Of a stretch of DNA of 64,000 bases, positions 58,620 to 64,000 are shown in pieces. The first letter of the stretch is position 1. Each line of letters opens with the position of its first letter. The stretch is from NCBI RefSeq assembly GCF_009914755.1, contig NC_060930.1. One strand, written 5' to 3'. Below the pieces are notes generated by a model. That model worked only from the letters and a program-made list of their open reading frames with translations, was not told the origin of the DNA and searched no databases. A program made the position numbers and the translations under genes. This stretch comes from the human T2T-CHM13v2.0 reference genome, Homo sapiens.

Positions 58620-59035
58620 CCTAGAATGGAATATACCCCTGCCATGAAAATGAGTGACTAATCTGAATATTTCTCACCAAAATAGTTTTAAGTAAAAGAA
58701 GCCACATTATACTTTATGATTTCATTTATATAAAGTTCAAAACACAGGGAAAACTAAGCTATTGTATTTAGGGATATGTAGTTAGGTTGTAAAGATTAAA
58801 AAGAAAAGTAATTAAGTAATTTCTCTAACAATCAATATAGTGACTGCTTCTAAGGAAGAGGAGAAGTCAGTGGTATTCAGGAGGAAGCCCCAGGGAGGTG
58901 TCAGGGGGTGCTGGCCATGTTCCTTACACCTAGATGGTGCTTAGGTGGGTGGTTGCTTTTTAGGGATTATTTACATTGAGCTGCACATTTTTGCATTTTC
59001 CTTATGAGTATTATACTTTGTAATTTTTTTAAAAA
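58620..59035 (+). mobile_element. L1ME/L1MC-like 3'UTR fragment
   Basis: tatgatttcatttatataaagttcaaaa...aaaactaagctattgtatttagggat. Confidence 0.65.
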
Positions 59036-59519
59036 GGCAATTCTGACAACTCCACACACATATATATTTGACAACTTAAATGAAACAGATCAATTCCTCA
59101 AAAAGTACAAAATAGCACAATCCACCCAATATGAAATAGGTAACTTGAAAACCCTGTAACTATTTAAAAATTGAATTTATATTGTAAAAACTTAGAAAGA
59201 AGAAATCTCTAGACTCAGTTTTTCACTGAAAAATTAGACCAAATATTTAAGTGAAAATTAATACCAATTTTACACAGTATCTTTCAAAGAGTGGAGGGAG
59301 GGAACACTTTCCCAACTCATTCTGTGAGGCCAGTTATTACCTTGTACCAAAACAAAGACAATACAATAAACTACAGATTAATATCCTTTATGAATACAGC
59401 TGCAAAAATTCTTCATAAAATGTTAAGTTGAATTTAGCAATGTATAAAAAGAATTATATCCTATGAGCAACGGAGATTTATTCCAAGGATGCAAGCCTGA
59501 CTCAATCTTAGCTTTTTTT

Positions 59520-59787
59520 TTCTTTTCTTTTCTTTTTTTTGAGACAGGCCCTTGCTCTCTCGCCTAGACTGGAGCGCAGTGGCAGATCTCGGCTCACTGC
59601 AACATCCGCCTCCCTGGTTCAAGGGATTCTCTTGCCTCAGCCTCTCAAGTAGCTGGGATTACAGGCACATGCCACCATTCCCAGGAAATTTTTGTATTTT
59701 TAGTACAGATGGGGTTTCACCATGTTGGCCAGGCCTCCAACTCCTCAAAAGTGCTGGGATTACAGGCATGAGCCATCACGCCCGGCC
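59520..59787 (-). mobile_element. AluS with left-arm deletion, in the tail of L1PA16
   Basis: TSD tcaatcttag(c/t)ttttttt at 59502 and 59788. Confidence 0.9.
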
Positions 59788-60133
59788 TCAATCTTAGTTT
59801 TTTTTAAAAAATAATTTCAACTTATATTTTCGATTCAGGGGTACATTGAGTGATGCTGAGGTTTAGGGTATGATTGATCCTGTTGCCCAGGTACTGAGCA
59901 TGGTACCCACTGGTTAGTTTCTCAATCTTTATCCCCCTACTTCCCTCCTCCCCACTAGTAGTCCCCAGTGTCTCTTGTTGCCATCTTTATGTCCATGAGT
60001 ACCCAACGTTTAGCTGCCACTTATAAGTGAGAACATGCAGCATTTGGTTTTCCGTACTTGTATGAATTTTCTTAGGATAATGCCCTCCTGCTTCATCCAT
60101 GTTGTGACAAAGAACATGATTTTATTCTTTTTT

Positions 60134-60430
<297 letters not shown>

Positions 60431-61733
60431 TGATTTCATTCTTTTTTATGGCTGCATAGGATTCCAGGTGTATATGTTCCATATTTTCTTTATCCAATCC
60501 ATCATTGATAGGCACCTAGTTTGATTCCATGTCTTTGCTATTGTGCATAGTGCTGTGATGAGCACGTGAGTGCATATATCTTTTGGTAGAATGATTTATA
60601 TTATTCTGGATATATACTCATTAATGGGATTGCTGGATTGAATGGTAGTTCTAAGTTTTTTGAGAAATAGCCTAACTGCTTTCTACAGTGGCTGAACTAA
60701 TTTACATTCCTACCAGCATTGTATAAACATTCTTTCTTCTCTGCAGCCTTGTCAACACCTGTTGCTTTTTGACTTTTTAATAATAGCCATCCTGACTGGT
60801 GTGAGATGTTATCTCATTGTGATTTTATTTGCATTTCCCTGATGATTAGTAATGATGAGCATTTTTTCATATTTGTTGGCTACTTGTACATCTTCTTTTG
60901 AGAAGTGTCTGTACATGTCTTTTGCCCACTTCTTAATGGGGTTATTTTGTTTTTTGCTTGCTGAATTAAGTTCCTTATAGATTCTGGATATTAAACCTTT
61001 GTCAGAGGCATTGTTTGTGAATATTTTCTCCTATCCTGTAGGTTGTTTATTTAGTCTATTGATAGTTTCTTTTGCTGTGCAGAAGCTTTTTAGTTCGATT
61101 AAGTCCCATTTATCAATTTTTGTTTTTGTTGCAATTGCTTTTGAGAACTTAGTCACAAATTCTTTCTCAAGGCCAATGTCCAGAATGATGTTTCCTAGGT
61201 TTTCTTCTAGGATTCTTATAGTTTGAGGTCTTACATTTAAATCGATAATTCATCTTGAGTTAAGTTTTGTATATGGCAAATGGGGTCCAGTTTCATTTTT
61301 CCACATATGGCTAGACAACTACCACAGCACCATTTATTGAATAGGGAGTCCTTTCCCCATTGCTTAGTTTTGTTGGCTTTCTTGAAGATCAAATGGCTGT
61401 AGATGTGCAGCTATATTTTTGGGTTCTCTATTCTGTTCCACTGGTCTATGTGTCTATTTTCGTACCAGTACCATGCTGTTTTAGTTACTGTAGCCTTATA
61501 CTATAGTTTGAAGAAAAGAAGAAACCCTCTGACTTTGTTCTTTTTGGTTAGGAGAGCCTTGGCTATTCAGGCTCTTTTTTTGGTTCCACATGAATTTTAG
61601 AATAGTTTTTTCTAGTTCTGTGAACAATTACATTGGTAGCTTGATAGGAATAGTGTTGAATCTGTAGATTGCTTCAGGCAGTATGGCCATTTTAACACTA
61701 TTTATTCTTCCAATCCATGAGCATGCATGGAAT

Positions 61734-62046
61734 TGTTGTGTAGGAAAAATCTTGTCACATGACAAGGAAATATTAGGCTCACAGACATGTTGAAGGATGA
61801 GATGGGCAGGGTTTATTGGGTGAAAAGGAAAAAAAAATTGGGAAACAGGGACTCTCCACAAAGCGAGAGTCCTGTTAGCTGGCTTCCTGCCTCACAGATT
61901 GAATCCCAGGTTACCATCCCAGAACAGGAGAGGCCAGGCTCCTCCCCACTGCAAAAGGTGTGAACTTCCTACAGCTCCATCCCATTCTTTCAGTGCTCAG
62001 GCCTGTCAGAGGTTCTCCGGGGACTCCTTTACACTTGGCTATCTCA
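61734..62046 (-). mobile_element. ERV1 solo LTR (MER61-like) nested in L1PA16
   Basis: TG...CA ends, 4-bp TSD gaat; minus strand starts tgagatagccaagtgtaaaggagtccccggagaacctc and carries an AATAAA. Confidence 0.75.
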
Positions 62047-63294
62047 GAATGCTTTTTATTTGTTTGTGTGTCATTAGCAGTGTGTTGTAATTCTGCTTGT
62101 AAAGATCTTTCAATTTATTAGCCAGATGTATTCCTAGGTATTGTGTGTGTGTGTAGGGGAGGCGGGCGGGGGGCGGGTCTATTGTAAATGGAATTGCATT
62201 CTTGATTTGGCTCTCAGCTTGAATGCTATTGGTGTATAGAAATGCCACTGATTTTCATACATTGATTTTTTATATCCCGAAACTTTACTAGAGTCAGTTA
62301 TCAGTTTCAGGAACCTTCTGGTGGACTCTAGGGTTTTCTAGGTATAGAATGATACCTTCAGCAGAGATAGTTTGACTTATTTTCCTATTTGGATGCCTTC
62401 TATTTCTTTCTCTTGCCTAATTTCTCTTACTGTGACTTCCTGACTCAATATTTGGAAATCAGTCAATGTAATCTGCCATATTAACAGGTTAAAGAAGAAA
62501 ATTACGTGATCATATCAATCCATGTGGGAAAAGCATTTGACAATATCTGACACTCATTTATGATAAAAACTACCAGAAAAGTAGGAATAGAGGGGAACAT
62601 CCTCAATTTAGCAGAGAAACTTAACATCAGACTTAATGGTGGAAGGCTGAATGCTTTCTGCATAAAATTGGGAAGAAGGCAAGGATAACCTCTGTCACAA
62701 CTGCTATTCAACATAGAACTATGGTACATCCATACCATGGGATACTCATCAGTAATAAAAAAGTACAAACCACCCATATATGTGACAATGTAGATGTATC
62801 TCAAAAACATTATATTGAGGGAAAAAGCCAGATGAATCTCAAGGACATTAAGTTACGTTGAAAAAAAAAAGCCAACCTGAAAAAGTCACATGGTCTATGA
62901 CTTTTTATGTATATAACATTCTTGAAAAGTGAAAATTATAGAGGTGGAAAACAGATGAATGGTGGAAGAGGTTAGAGGTGGTGGAGGACAGAAGGGAGAG
63001 GTAAGTATGACATAGAGAGGTAGCACAAGGGAGATCTCTGTGCTGATGGAATAGTTCTGTATAGTAATTGCTATAGTGGTGGTAACATAAAACTACACAT
63101 GACAAAATCGTGTAGAACTATAAACACACGGTACCAATGTCAAATACACAGTTTTCATATTGTATTATAATTACATAAGATGTATCTTATTGTATTGGGA
63201 AAACTGGATGCAGAATACATGAATCCTCTCTGTACTATCTTTGTAACTTCCCGCAAATTTATGATTATTTCAAAATAAAAAGTTTTTATAAAAG

Positions 63295-63740
63295 GCCATT
63301 TTGGATGCGGTACAGAGAAGAGACTGAAAGGATGAAATGGTGGAAAGATGCTGGTGCCAGGGAGGTGACAAGAAACCAATTAGGAGATTTCCTGCAGCCA
63401 TTCATGACAGTGCACATTCACTCTGACCAGAGGAGGAGTGGCAGAAATAAAGAAAGTGAGTGGACGTGAGAAATTTTTAGGTAACAAGATGGAAAGTATC
63501 TCCTTGGTGATGGTCGAATGCGGAAGGAAGGAGAGGAACTTGTCATCAATAATGCCCAGATTTCTGGATGGCAAAGGCAAGTGTGGTGATACCACTATGA
63601 GACAGAGTATGGGAAAAAGAACAGGACAGGTGTAGGGAGATGGTGTGAAGGGTGAACTAGTTTTAGACACGTCAAATTTGGGGTGTTTTTGAGATAGCCA
63701 CATAGATCTGTTGAGTTGACAGTTTGGAACTCAAAGTTAA
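63295..63740 (-). mobile_element. L2 internal fragment
   Basis: aataatgcccagatttctgg...gttttagacacgtcaaatttgggg. Confidence 0.6.
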
Positions 63741-63906
63741 ATAATGGGAAGTCCAGACACAGAAATAATAATATTTAATAATAAAAAGTCATGAGCAGAA
63801 GGATTGAGGACCTACGATCTAGTCTTAATAAATTTACAAGATTTCATAGCTAGGAGGAGAAGGACAAGTAGACCAAGAATAACAAAGAGGAGGTGTCAGA
63901 GAAATA

Positions 63907-63963
63907 TTAGGTTGGTGCAAAAGTTATTGTGGAGCAAAAACCACAATTACTTTTGCAACAACA
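63907..63963. mobile_element. MADE1 (Hsmar1-derived MITE), internally deleted
   Basis: ttaggttggtgcaaaagt...gcaaaaaccacaattacttttgc matches the recalled MADE1 TIRs. Confidence 0.88.
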
Positions 63964-64000
63964 AGAAGAAAATCCAGAAGTGGGTAGTATCAGGGAAGCT

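Overview
Hominid (most likely human) non-coding DNA, intergenic or intronic. Evidence: AluJ/S/Y, L1PA3, a HERV-W LTR17 and an SVA 3' end. I find no supportable protein-coding gene, rRNA, tRNA or CRISPR array. The ORF track is explained by Alu/L1/LTR sequence, low complexity or chance. A large part of the window is interspersed repeat: about 20 Alus, L1PA3, L1PA16, L1M, MaLR/ERV LTRs, Tigger3a, MER63A, MER5A1, MADE1, L2 and MIR, plus a 7SL processed pseudogene. Most notable unexplained structures: (1) a 141-bp local duplication (30407-30547 / 32793-32933) whose 3' part is 97% identical and folds into a mirtron-shaped hairpin ending exactly at a CAG acceptor; (2) a ~130-bp micro-SVA insertion with an apparent 27-bp 3' transduction and two poly(A) tails; (3) a second ~106-bp local duplication; (4) a CpG-rich solo HERV-W LTR; (5) repeated re-use of insertion sites and a deeply nested TE stack. 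Subfamily names come from recalled consensus sequences, not a database search. All coordinates and counts were done by hand.
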